Below are positions 38,819 through 47,199 of a stretch of DNA of 64,000 nt, in pieces. The stretch's first letter is position 1; each line of letters starts with the position of its first letter. Source of the DNA: Candidatus Iainarchaeum sp. (GTDB taxonomy: Archaea > Iainarchaeota > Iainarchaeia > Iainarchaeales > JAAZKV01); the NCBI GenBank assembly GCA_026397015.1, contig JAPLVR010000006.1, forward strand, positions 1 through 64,000. Direction: 5' to 3'. A model generated the notes under the pieces. That model was not told the DNA's origin. It made no database searches and worked only from the letters and a program-made list of their open reading frames with translations. The position numbers and the translations under genes were made by a program.

Positions 38819-39271
38819 TTACTGCTTGCCCTTCAAAAAAATAACTTTATCGGCCGTATTCTTCAAAGCAGCCGCACTCATCTTTTCGCCCATTATCGCA
38901 ATCGTTTCCTTTCCCCTGTTCTTTGCCTTTATTATCGCGGGCAAAAAATCGGAGTCGCGCGTCACAAAAACAATCGCATCAATCGAATCATTGAAAACAG
39001 TTTCAGTTGCATCACAAGCCATCGCAACATCAATATCCGTTGTTGAAACCAAAGGCTCGAAACCCTGATTCACAACAGCTTCTACCAGCTTTTCGGAAGC
39101 AAACTGATTCAAATAAACTTTTCCGACTTTCATCGAACCGAGCTTCTGGACCTCTTTCTTAATCAAGTCCAAATCGATGCCCAATTCTTTCCTCAAAATG
39201 TTCGGACCGTCAACGAAAACCGCCAAACGCTTCTCCTTCTGGCCGAAACGCTTCTTAAATCTCTCAAACAC
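38819..39271 (-). CDS. NYN-domain (PIN-like) protein, TIGR00288 family
   Basis: FVDGPNILRKE, TDIDVAMA, TRDSDFLP, LKNTAD; GTG start near 39271 (ORF open to 39370). Confidence 0.9.
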   Translation of the reverse strand: MFERFKKRFGQKEKRLAVFVDGPNILRKELGIDLDLIKKEVQKLGSMKVGKVYLNQFASEKLVEAVVNQGFEPLVSTTDIDVAMACDATETVFNDSIDAIVFVTRDSDFLPAIIKAKNRGKETIAIMGEKMSAAALKNTADKVIFLKGKQ

Positions 39272-39374
39272 AAAAACCACTTTCCACCGATTCCCGCCGA
39301 AACGGGAACAAAAATAAGTTAGCCTGAAAGGGTATAAAACTGTTTCTCTTGCTGAAAAAAAAGAACACAAAAAA

Positions 39375-41195
39375 TCATTCCACTTGCCAAGTCAATATTG
39401 GATAATTATCAACACGTGCTGTCCAGTTCTTATCTAAGCCGAAAGTCCAGTAAGGTACCACCGTATCATAAACATTATGGTCTTGAGAATAGAAAACAGT
39501 TTTATCCGCTTCATTATAAGTCACATTCCCGTCAGGGTTCCCTATCGCATTCCAATCCCCAGCACCAGTCCACCAGCCGCAATTGGAAACTGTTCCTTCT
39601 TTGAATCCGACTAGACCCCCAACATCAATAGTTCCAGATACAGCCCCTGTCGAATAAGAGTTAGAAACAGCACCCCCGGCCCAGCCGACTAGTCCCCCGA
39701 CATAATTAGTGCCAATTGTAATCCCCGTTGAATAAGAATTAGAAATCGACCCATCCCATTGACCTCCAACTAGCCCACCAACATCATAACCGCCAGTTAC
39801 ATTCCCTATTGAATAAGAATCAGAAATTGCCCCCCCTTCTTGGTCTCCGACTAGGCCCCCAACCTCATCAGAATCAGGAGTGCCAGTTACATTCCCTGTT
39901 GAATAAGAATTAGAAATTGCCCCACTATTTTTGAACCCGACTAGGCCCCCAAGAGAATCAGAAGTTCCATTTACGCTTCCTGTTGAATAAGAATCAGAAA
40001 TCGTTCCATATTGGTGTCCGGCTAGGCCACCGACATCATAACCAGAACCATTTACGCTTCCTGTTGAATAAGAAGCAGAAACCGTTCCCTCTTGGGTTCC
40101 GACAAGGCCCCCGACTTCATTAACACCATTTACAGCCCCTGTTGAATAAGAATTAGAAATCGCCACCCCTGGATATTGGAGTCCTACCAGGCCTCCGACT
40201 TCATTAACACCATTTACAGCCCCTGTTGAGTGAGAGTTAGAAATCGACCCATACTGCCATCCAACGAGACCCCCGATACCATCATTAGAACTGGTTACGC
40301 TTCCTGTTGAATAAGAATCAGAAATTGCCCCCCCTTCTTGGTCTCCGACTAGGCCCCCAACCCCTTCACCAGAACTATTTATGCTTCCCGCCGAATAAGA
40401 ACCAGAAATCACCCCATATTGGTATCCGACGAGACCCCCGACATAGTTACCGCTGCCAGTTACACTCCCTGTTGAATAAGAACCAGAAACCGTTCCAGAC
40501 TCTTGATATCCGATTATTCCCCCAACCTCCGAGTTTCCGGTTATATTCGAGTTTTCCATTCCCAAATCCTTTACTTCCGAACCATTAACATACCCGAATA
40601 AGCCAACATTGTTCGTGTTTGGCCGGTAAATGTACAAATTGCTTACCGAGTAGTTCCCTCCGTCAAGGCTGCCGGTAAACTCATTCATAGCATCCCCAAT
40701 CGGCACAAAGCCAGATTCAGGCGGTGGCGAGAAGTCCAAGTGCCGCCCAAAAACTCCGCTGCCCTCATCTTCTTGTAGGTTCCAATTAATGGTATTAAAA
40801 CAATTAATGTCCTGCGCGAGCGCGTAGTTCGCATCCAAATCATTGCTCATACCCTGCAACTCATTACAATCGGACAAAAGGAACGGATGCGCATAACTAC
40901 CGTCCTCAAATGGTGGAGCAGGAACAACAGGAACATCAGGCGTACAATTGACAACAAACTCGGAGGGGCCGACAGTATGCTGGATACCATACTTATCCTT
41001 GTAAGTAATCTTCACGGAATAAGTCCGCGAACCACCAACACAACCAGACAAATCGGAAACTATAATCGTTCTATCATCGCCTCCGGAAATACTGGCGGAA
41101 TCGAAATTCAAATCCACACCATCAACATTAATCCCAGTAACAGTAACATTCTCAAACGTTTCTTTTTTAAAAACAACCCAATTCATTTTATTCAA
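39375..41195 (-). CDS. GLUG-repeat surface-protein paralogue 3, lacking the class III signal peptide (5'-truncated)
   Basis: Homology to paralogue 1 begins at about VTVTGINVDG; more than ten VGGLVG...SNSYSTG units; C-terminal YPILTWQ; no QGTIEY/hydrophobic helix upstream. Confidence 0.75.
   Translation of the reverse strand: MNKMNWVVFKKETFENVTVTGINVDGVDLNFDSASISGGDDRTIIVSDLSGCVGGSRTYSVKITYKDKYGIQHTVGPSEFVVNCTPDVPVVPAPPFEDGSYAHPFLLSDCNELQGMSNDLDANYALAQDINCFNTINWNLQEDEGSGVFGRHLDFSPPPESGFVPIGDAMNEFTGSLDGGNYSVSNLYIYRPNTNNVGLFGYVNGSEVKDLGMENSNITGNSEVGGIIGYQESGTVSGSYSTGSVTGSGNYVGGLVGYQYGVISGSYSAGSINSSGEGVGGLVGDQEGGAISDSYSTGSVTSSNDGIGGLVGWQYGSISNSHSTGAVNGVNEVGGLVGLQYPGVAISNSYSTGAVNGVNEVGGLVGTQEGTVSASYSTGSVNGSGYDVGGLAGHQYGTISDSYSTGSVNGTSDSLGGLVGFKNSGAISNSYSTGNVTGTPDSDEVGGLVGDQEGGAISDSYSIGNVTGGYDVGGLVGGQWDGSISNSYSTGITIGTNYVGGLVGWAGGAVSNSYSTGAVSGTIDVGGLVGFKEGTVSNCGWWTGAGDWNAIGNPDGNVTYNEADKTVFYSQDHNVYDTVVPYWTFGLDKNWTARVDNYPILTWQVE
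39809..40362. repeat. Tandem ~81-90 bp GLUG coding repeats, including a 56-bp exact duplicate
   Basis: 39809-39864 identical to 40307-40362 (encodes VGGLVGDQEGGAISDSYS). Confidence 0.9.
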
Positions 41196-41253
41196 ACAGT
41201 TTTAAGCCTAAATTAATTTAATTTCGCTTGAGAAAGGAAAAATAGGTGGTTTT

Positions 41254-41646
41254 ATGGTTGATGAGAAGAAATTTGAGGGCGCCGGCTCGTTAAAGCCGGG
41301 CAGCCACGTTTTAATAGACGGCGAAGTTTGCCAGGTTAAGAGCGTTGAAAAATCAAAGCCGGGAAAGCACGGCGCCGCGAAGGTAAGGGTAGTCGCATTT
41401 AACATTTTTACAGGGCAAAAAAGAGGGTTGCTCAAGGGAACTGATGCGGAAGTAGAAATACCGATTATTCCAAAGGGAACGGCGCACGTAGTCGCAATAA
41501 TGGGCGACGTTATCCAGATAATGGACATTGAAAATTACGAAACCTACAACGCGCCGAAACCCGCAGAAATTCCCGGATTGGCTTCGGGCGTAACCGTGGA
41601 ATACCAAAAATACGGCGAAAATGTGAAAATAACGAGAAAGAAATAA
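41254..41646 (+). CDS. eif5a: Translation factor aIF5A
   Basis: KSKPGKHGAAK hypusine-site motif; GGTGG SD. Confidence 0.96.
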   Translation: MVDEKKFEGAGSLKPGSHVLIDGEVCQVKSVEKSKPGKHGAAKVRVVAFNIFTGQKRGLLKGTDAEVEIPIIPKGTAHVVAIMGDVIQIMDIENYETYNAPKPAEIPGLASGVTVEYQKYGENVKITRKK

Positions 41647-41721
41647 TTCACATAAACCGTTCGAACAAAAATTCGGCTTGAAAGCGCAAGCCTAATTAAA
41701 CCAATCTTTAATACTTCATTC

Positions 41722-42357
41722 ATGGCAACACCTGCAAAAAAACCAAAGGCGCTTCTTTTAATTTCCGGCGGCATCGACTCGCCCGTCGCCGGGCTGCTTG
41801 CGCAGAAAAAATTTGAAATCGGGGCGGTTCATTTCTCACAAACACCTTTCACAGATGACAGCCCGGAAAAAAAATCAATTGCGGCGTGCAAAAAATTGGG
41901 CTTGAAAGAACTCGCCGTTATTGAGGCGGGAAACGAGTTCAAGGAAATCGCTGAAAACGGCGGAAGGCCGTTTTACTTTGTATTGATGAAAAGATTCATG
42001 ATGAAGACCGGGGAAAAAATCGCGGAGCAAAGGGGCGCTGAATTTTTAATCACGGGGGAAAGCATCGGGCAGGTAAGCTCGCAGACGATGAGCAACCTCA
42101 ACACAATAAACTCCGCCACAAAAATGGAAATTTTGCGGCCGCTGATGTTCATGCATAAGCAGGAAATAGTTGACCTAAACATTGCGAACGGCTTTTTCGA
42201 GATTTCAAAGGGGCCGGAGCTCTGCGATGCTCTCGCAACCGAAAAGCCGAAAACAAAAACAAAAATAAAAGAAGTGCTATTTGAAGAGGAACGGTGCGGA
42301 ATGGAAGCGCTGGTCGAAAGGGCGATGAATAAAATAAGAATTGTTGCAATTAATTAA
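41722..42357 (+). CDS. ThiI-like PP-loop catalytic domain only (no THUMP)
   Basis: LLISGGIDSPVA, TGESIGQVSSQT..NL, ILRPL...KQEI, GPELC. Confidence 0.85.
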   Translation: MATPAKKPKALLLISGGIDSPVAGLLAQKKFEIGAVHFSQTPFTDDSPEKKSIAACKKLGLKELAVIEAGNEFKEIAENGGRPFYFVLMKRFMMKTGEKIAEQRGAEFLITGESIGQVSSQTMSNLNTINSATKMEILRPLMFMHKQEIVDLNIANGFFEISKGPELCDALATEKPKTKTKIKEVLFEEERCGMEALVERAMNKIRIVAIN

Positions 42358-42362
42358 TTCAC

Positions 42363-42683
42363 TTGGTTGTGAATGCTGTGGAGCTGGGCGATTTTGTCGG
42401 GAAGCCGTGCAAAAGCAGGGTTGCTTTTGAATTCCGGCCGAAAAGGGAAGTCAAAATCGATTTGGCGGCGGCGGGCGAAGCACTGAGAAAAGAATTTTCA
42501 ATTGAATTGGAATCAAAGCTCCTTCTAATTGTGGGAATCGAAAGTCATCGCGTTTCAATCTTCCCTTCCGGAAAAATTCTTGTAAGGGGGGAAAGGGAGG
42601 AGGCGAAAGCAAGGAAGCTGGCGGAAAAAATTGTCAAATATTTTGGGCAGAAAGGCGGAGCAAAAAGTTTTATTAAAAGTTAA
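42363..42683 (+). CDS. Hypothetical protein (small alpha/beta, TBP-like pattern)
   Basis: KPC...AFEF, VSIFPSGKILVRG; 5 nt downstream of the ThiI-like gene. Confidence 0.6.
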   Translation: MVVNAVELGDFVGKPCKSRVAFEFRPKREVKIDLAAAGEALRKEFSIELESKLLLIVGIESHRVSIFPSGKILVRGEREEAKARKLAEKIVKYFGQKGGAKSFIKS

Positions 42684-42719
42684 GCGCTACTCTGTAATGG
42701 AATTTGAATCGGTGGGTGA

Positions 42720-43154
42720 ATGGGCATAATACAAAAAAACGACTGCATTTTCTGCAAATTCGTTACGGGAGAAATAAAGCCTGCAGTTGTTTTCAAAAAT
42801 GAAAGCGTTTTGGCAATTCTTGACATCAATCCCGCAGGGGCGTTGTGTGGGCACACGCTCGTAATGCCAAAAAAACATTTCGAAACGATTGAGGACTGCC
42901 CGGAAAAGGAGCTGAAAGAGGCAATCGCCGCGGTAAAAAAGCTTGTTCCGGCAATAAAAATGGTTTCCGGTGCGGAAGGAATCAATGTAATACAAAACAA
43001 CGGGCAGGCCGCAGGACAGCTGGTGAATCACGTTCATTTTCACATAATCCCGCGGGCACGCGGCGACGGAATCCATTTCAACGAGAACAGGCGGAAGCCG
43101 AGACCGATGGAACTGACCGAAGCGGCTGAGGCGATTAAAAAAGCATTGGAATAG
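42720..43154 (+). CDS. HIT-family hydrolase
   Basis: DCIFCK, GHTLVMPKKH, NNGQAAGQ.VNHVHFHIIPR. Confidence 0.95.
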   Translation: MGIIQKNDCIFCKFVTGEIKPAVVFKNESVLAILDINPAGALCGHTLVMPKKHFETIEDCPEKELKEAIAAVKKLVPAIKMVSGAEGINVIQNNGQAAGQLVNHVHFHIIPRARGDGIHFNENRRKPRPMELTEAAEAIKKALE

Positions 43155-43185
43155 AAACCATAAACACAAGGAAGGTTTTGTTGGA

Positions 43186-43470
43186 ATGGAAAACGGGCAG
43201 GGCGCAATAGAATACCTTTTGCTGCTCGCAGCAGGGGTTGTTGTAGTCGCAGTGGTTATTTCTTTCCTTATAATGCTTATCAACCAGACACAGGAAGCGG
43301 GGTGCGAAGGGCTGAAAGGAATGCTGTGCGACAGCCTCGACTCAAATATTGAGGTTTGCGCATGCTACAACGGAAATGAAGCCTATTTTGGCAGCCCCGC
43401 GGAAGGAAAAAGCTACTGTTGCAGCCAGAAATGCCCGAAGCTCAGGGCCAAATGGAACTGCGGGCAGTGA
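43186..43470 (+). CDS. Small class III signal peptide (type IV pilin-like) Cys-rich protein
   Basis: NGQGAIEYLLLLAAGVVVVAVVI; 8 Cys in the short mature domain. Confidence 0.8.
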   Translation: MENGQGAIEYLLLLAAGVVVVAVVISFLIMLINQTQEAGCEGLKGMLCDSLDSNIEVCACYNGNEAYFGSPAEGKSYCCSQKCPKLRAKWNCGQ

Positions 43471-43828
43471 AAAAATTAAGGGCGCACTTCCACAAAAAAT
43501 AATCCTAATAACTCTGAAAAAATAATTTGGGGAAAAAGAAAGAAAACCAATTTTCCCATTTTCAATTTTTTATTTTCAAATTTTTTTAAAAATTCAGAAA
43601 AAAATTCGGTTTTATGTTTGAAAGAAACAAAAGCATTTTGCTTTCCGAACCAAGAAGATATTAATCCAAGTTAGGCAATATACTATAAGAAAAAAAATTT
43701 TTAAAATTTTGGAGCTTTTTTCACTGGGAAGGGCTTCAAACTGATTCTCCCACACACCGGCATAGAACCCTGAAAGGGTTTTTAACCGGAAAAAGCGCAT
43801 TTTTAACGGAAACACGTCTTGTGATTTT

Positions 43829-46800
43829 ATGCAAATAAACCTGGAAGAAATCGAGAAGCAGGAGGGAAGCCCCTTTGTTGAGAAGTTCGAGGAATTTTTC
43901 AACAGCGAGTACAGAAAAGAGATAGAGAAGATACTTGAGAACTACCCTGAAAAAAGAAGCGTTGTTGTAGATTTCAAACTGCTTGAAAGGTTCGATCCGG
44001 CGCTGGCGGACGAGCTCACTGACAACCCGGACGCGATAATTGCGGCTGCGCAATCCGCAATAAAAAATGTGAATATTCCTTCTCTGAACGTCGATTCTTT
44101 CGAACCGCACATAAGGTTTTCAAATCTGCCCGCAGACAGCGAACTCAACATCAGGGATATCGGCTCGAAACACCTTGGAAAATTTATTTCGGTTGAAGGA
44201 GTGGCGAGGCTTATCACTGATGTTCTGCCAAAAATAAAACTCGCTGTGTGGAAGTGCAAGCGCTGCGGAAACATTTACAAGACGCCGCAGGAAAAACAGA
44301 ACATAAAAATGCCAAACATGTGCGAATGCAATCACCGCGATTTCGAACTTATCGAGGACAAAAGCGATTTTGTCGATTACCAAAAGGTGCAGATACAGGA
44401 GCCATTGGACAAACTGAAGGGAAGCGAACAAGCCGCCCACATAGACGTTTACATAATGGATGATTTGGTGAACAAGGTTTCGGGAGGAGACAAAACGAGG
44501 TTCTCAGGGGTGTTAAGGCTTTCCCCGCCGGACAAGGAAAAAAAATCCGTTTACAGGTGGTTCCTTGAAACGAATTATCTCGATGAAACGCAAAAAGAAT
44601 TTGACGAAATTGATGTTTCAAAAGAAGACGAGGAAGAAATAAGAAAACTCGCAAAAAACCCTCTTGTATACGACATGCTGAAGGACAGCATCGCGCCTGC
44701 AATTTACGGGCACGATGTTGTGAAGGAAAGCATAGGACTGCAATTGTTCAGCGGAGTAACAAAGCATTTGCCAAACAACCAAAAAATAAGGGGCAATATC
44801 CACATTTTATTAATCGGCGATCCTGGGTGCTTAGTTGGAGATGAGCGGGTCGTAATGGGGGACGGCACAATAAAAAGGATTGAAGACCTTGGAGAAAACC
44901 ACCTTCAAAAAGTCGATTTCCAAATTCTCACCGGCGAAGGCGGAAAAAAAAGGGATTCCGCCACAACATTCTTTTACTATCCTCAAAAAAAAGTGATGGA
45001 AATAATTACCGAAAGCGGAAAAAGCATAAAGGGGACACACGACCATCCGCTGCTCTGCGTCTCAAAAGAAAACGGGCGAGTAAAAAGAGAATGGAAACGC
45101 CTAGACAACTTTAAAATAAAAGATAAAGTAGCAGTAGTAACCGGAATCCCCTGTACAATCACAAAATATGTCCCGACAGGATTCAAAAAAACCGAAAGCA
45201 CGAGCGGGCCAAAATTCAAGGGAAAACTCCCGGAAAAAGTTACACCCGAACTTGGAGCGCTTCTCGGATATATGCTCGGGGACGGCTGGGTGAGAAAAAA
45301 AGAAGCGTACTTTGTGGTTTCTGACCCGGAAAAAGATCTGCTCCCAAAACTCGAAAAAATTGTTAAAGATTTATTTGGCATTGCACCCGGAATAACCTCA
45401 AAAAAAGGCCCGGGAAGAAAAGTGATTCTGCACAGAGCAGGAATACACTCAAAGGATGTCGCACACAACTTGCTTTTTTTGCGGGAAAAAAGGGTTCCAA
45501 AGATAATACTTGAATCCGGAAACAAAGTTGTCGCAGAATTCCTAAAATGGCTTTACGAGGCGGACGGCTGCGTTTTCAGCAAGGGAAGGGGAAGCCGCTC
45601 AATATCGCTCAAAGCGAAAAATCTTGAATTGCTTAGAGATGTTCAAATTTTGCTGTTAAGATTCAGCATCCATTCAAGAATTATCGAAAATTCATTGATG
45701 ATACGCAGGGGTAAATCAATAAAAAAATTTGCCACAAAAATCGGGTTCGCTTCAAAAAAGAAAAAAGAAAAAATGAACGAAGCGGCAAAAAATGCAGAGA
45801 AACACGCAAGACTCAAACAACAAAGAAGCGAAAAAATAGTAAAAATAATTGACCACGGATTGGAAGACGTTTACGACATCGAAGTACCACAAAGCCACAG
45901 ATTCATCGCAAACGGAATAATATCCCACAACTGCGGAAAATCACAACTCTTATTGGCGGCGAACAGCATTGCGCCGAAAAGCATTTATGTCGGCGGAAAG
46001 ACCACAAGCGGGGTTGGATTAACCGCGAGTGCAGTTAAAGACGATTTCGGGGAAGGGGGCTGGACCCTAAAGGCAGGGGCATTGGTTTTGAGTTCCGGCG
46101 GAATCTGCATGGCTGATGAACTCGACAAAATGACTCCGGAAGACAGAAGCGCTTTGCACGAAGCAATGGAACAGGGAACGATTTCGGTTGCAAAAGCCGG
46201 AATAGTTGCGAGATTCAAAGCGGATACTTCCCTTTTGGCCGCGGCGAACCCGAAGCACCACAGATTCGATAAATTTCAGCTATTCACCGATCAGATAGAT
46301 TTGCCTCCGTCGCTTATTTCAAGATTTGACTTATTCTTCATGATAAAAGATATTCTTGATAGGGACAGGGACAAAAAAATTTCCGAGCACATACTGATGA
46401 CGCACCAGGGGGGCGAAAAACTCAGGCAGTCGGAGAAAACAGGAAAGCCCCTTTCAAAAAAAGAATCCGATTATATAACAAAACTGACCACTCCGATAAT
46501 AGACGGAATGCTTCTAAGAAAATACGTTTCATTTGCGAGGCAAACCTGTTTCCCTGTTTTAAGCCCAGAGGCGATTGAAAAAATAACCGATTTTTACATC
46601 GCTCTTAGAGACCAGGGAAGAAACGAATCAAGGTATGCGGCAACAGCAAGACAGCTTGAAGGGCTCGTAAGGCTGGCGGAAGCGAGCGCAAAAGTAAGGC
46701 TGAGCGACACAGTAACAATTGAAGACGCCGAAAGGTCGATAAGAATTGTAAGGGATTCGCTGCAGGATACAATGGTTGACCCTGAAACAGGAAAAATAGA

Positions 46801-47053
46801 TATAGACATTGCGACAAGCGGAACCACTCACACCAAACAGAACAGCTGGTTTACCGTTTTAAAAATAATAAAAGACACCATCGGAAGAGGCGAAGATTCG
46901 GCGCCGCTTGAAATGATAATTGAAGAAGCGGGGCAAAAGGGATTAACGCCTGAAAAAGTAAAGGAAACAATCAAGGAACTTGAGAGCAAGGGAGAAATTT
47001 ATTCGCCGAGATACGGATTGTTCAAGCCGACCGATCCGGAAAGAAAAAAATGA
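43829..47053 (+). CDS. mcm: Replicative helicase MCM (intein-containing)
   Basis: Zn finger CKRC..C, IAPAIYG, HILLIGDPG/CGKSQLL, GLTA, ADELDKM, AAANP, SRFD, ARQLE. Confidence 0.97.
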   Translation: MQINLEEIEKQEGSPFVEKFEEFFNSEYRKEIEKILENYPEKRSVVVDFKLLERFDPALADELTDNPDAIIAAAQSAIKNVNIPSLNVDSFEPHIRFSNLPADSELNIRDIGSKHLGKFISVEGVARLITDVLPKIKLAVWKCKRCGNIYKTPQEKQNIKMPNMCECNHRDFELIEDKSDFVDYQKVQIQEPLDKLKGSEQAAHIDVYIMDDLVNKVSGGDKTRFSGVLRLSPPDKEKKSVYRWFLETNYLDETQKEFDEIDVSKEDEEEIRKLAKNPLVYDMLKDSIAPAIYGHDVVKESIGLQLFSGVTKHLPNNQKIRGNIHILLIGDPGCLVGDERVVMGDGTIKRIEDLGENHLQKVDFQILTGEGGKKRDSATTFFYYPQKKVMEIITESGKSIKGTHDHPLLCVSKENGRVKREWKRLDNFKIKDKVAVVTGIPCTITKYVPTGFKKTESTSGPKFKGKLPEKVTPELGALLGYMLGDGWVRKKEAYFVVSDPEKDLLPKLEKIVKDLFGIAPGITSKKGPGRKVILHRAGIHSKDVAHNLLFLREKRVPKIILESGNKVVAEFLKWLYEADGCVFSKGRGSRSISLKAKNLELLRDVQILLLRFSIHSRIIENSLMIRRGKSIKKFATKIGFASKKKKEKMNEAAKNAEKHARLKQQRSEKIVKIIDHGLEDVYDIEVPQSHRFIANGIISHNCGKSQLLLAANSIAPKSIYVGGKTTSGVGLTASAVKDDFGEGGWTLKAGALVLSSGGICMADELDKMTPEDRSALHEAMEQGTISVAKAGIVARFKADTSLLAAANPKHHRFDKFQLFTDQIDLPPSLISRFDLFFMIKDILDRDRDKKISEHILMTHQGGEKLRQSEKTGKPLSKKESDYITKLTTPIIDGMLLRKYVSFARQTCFPVLSPEAIEKITDFYIALRDQGRNESRYAATARQLEGLVRLAEASAKVRLSDTVTIEDAERSIRIVRDSLQDTMVDPETGKIDIDIATSGTTHTKQNSWFTVLKIIKDTIGRGEDSAPLEMIIEEAGQKGLTPEKVKETIKELESKGEIYSPRYGLFKPTDPERKK
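44828..45931 (+). mobile_element. Intein with LAGLIDADG homing endonuclease (368 aa) in MCM Walker A
   Basis: N-terminal CLVGD, block B THDHPL, LLGYMLGDG and FLKWLYEADG, C-terminal VYDIEV...FIANGIISHN followed by +1 Cys. Confidence 0.95.
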
Positions 47054-47199
47054 TTATTCAGCAGGATGGCGGAGGCGGAACAAAGTTGAATGTTCGCGCC
47101 GCGCAAAAAATCCCTTCCGCCAAAAAATCTTTTCCGTCCAAAAATCTTTTCCATGCCTTTCAGAAACTAATTAAAAACCCTTCAGCGCACATTTTTCTG

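Noticed and set aside
39600-40560. Regularly spaced repeats resembling a CRISPR array
   Set aside because: The repeats are degenerate, keep the reading frame and encode GLUG units within one ORF; the 'spacers' are homologous to each other; no cas genes.
27589-41195. Diversity-generating retroelement acting on the adhesins
   Set aside because: No reverse transcriptase in the window, and no TR/VR pair differing only at adenines; differences include C>T and lie at the 5' end.
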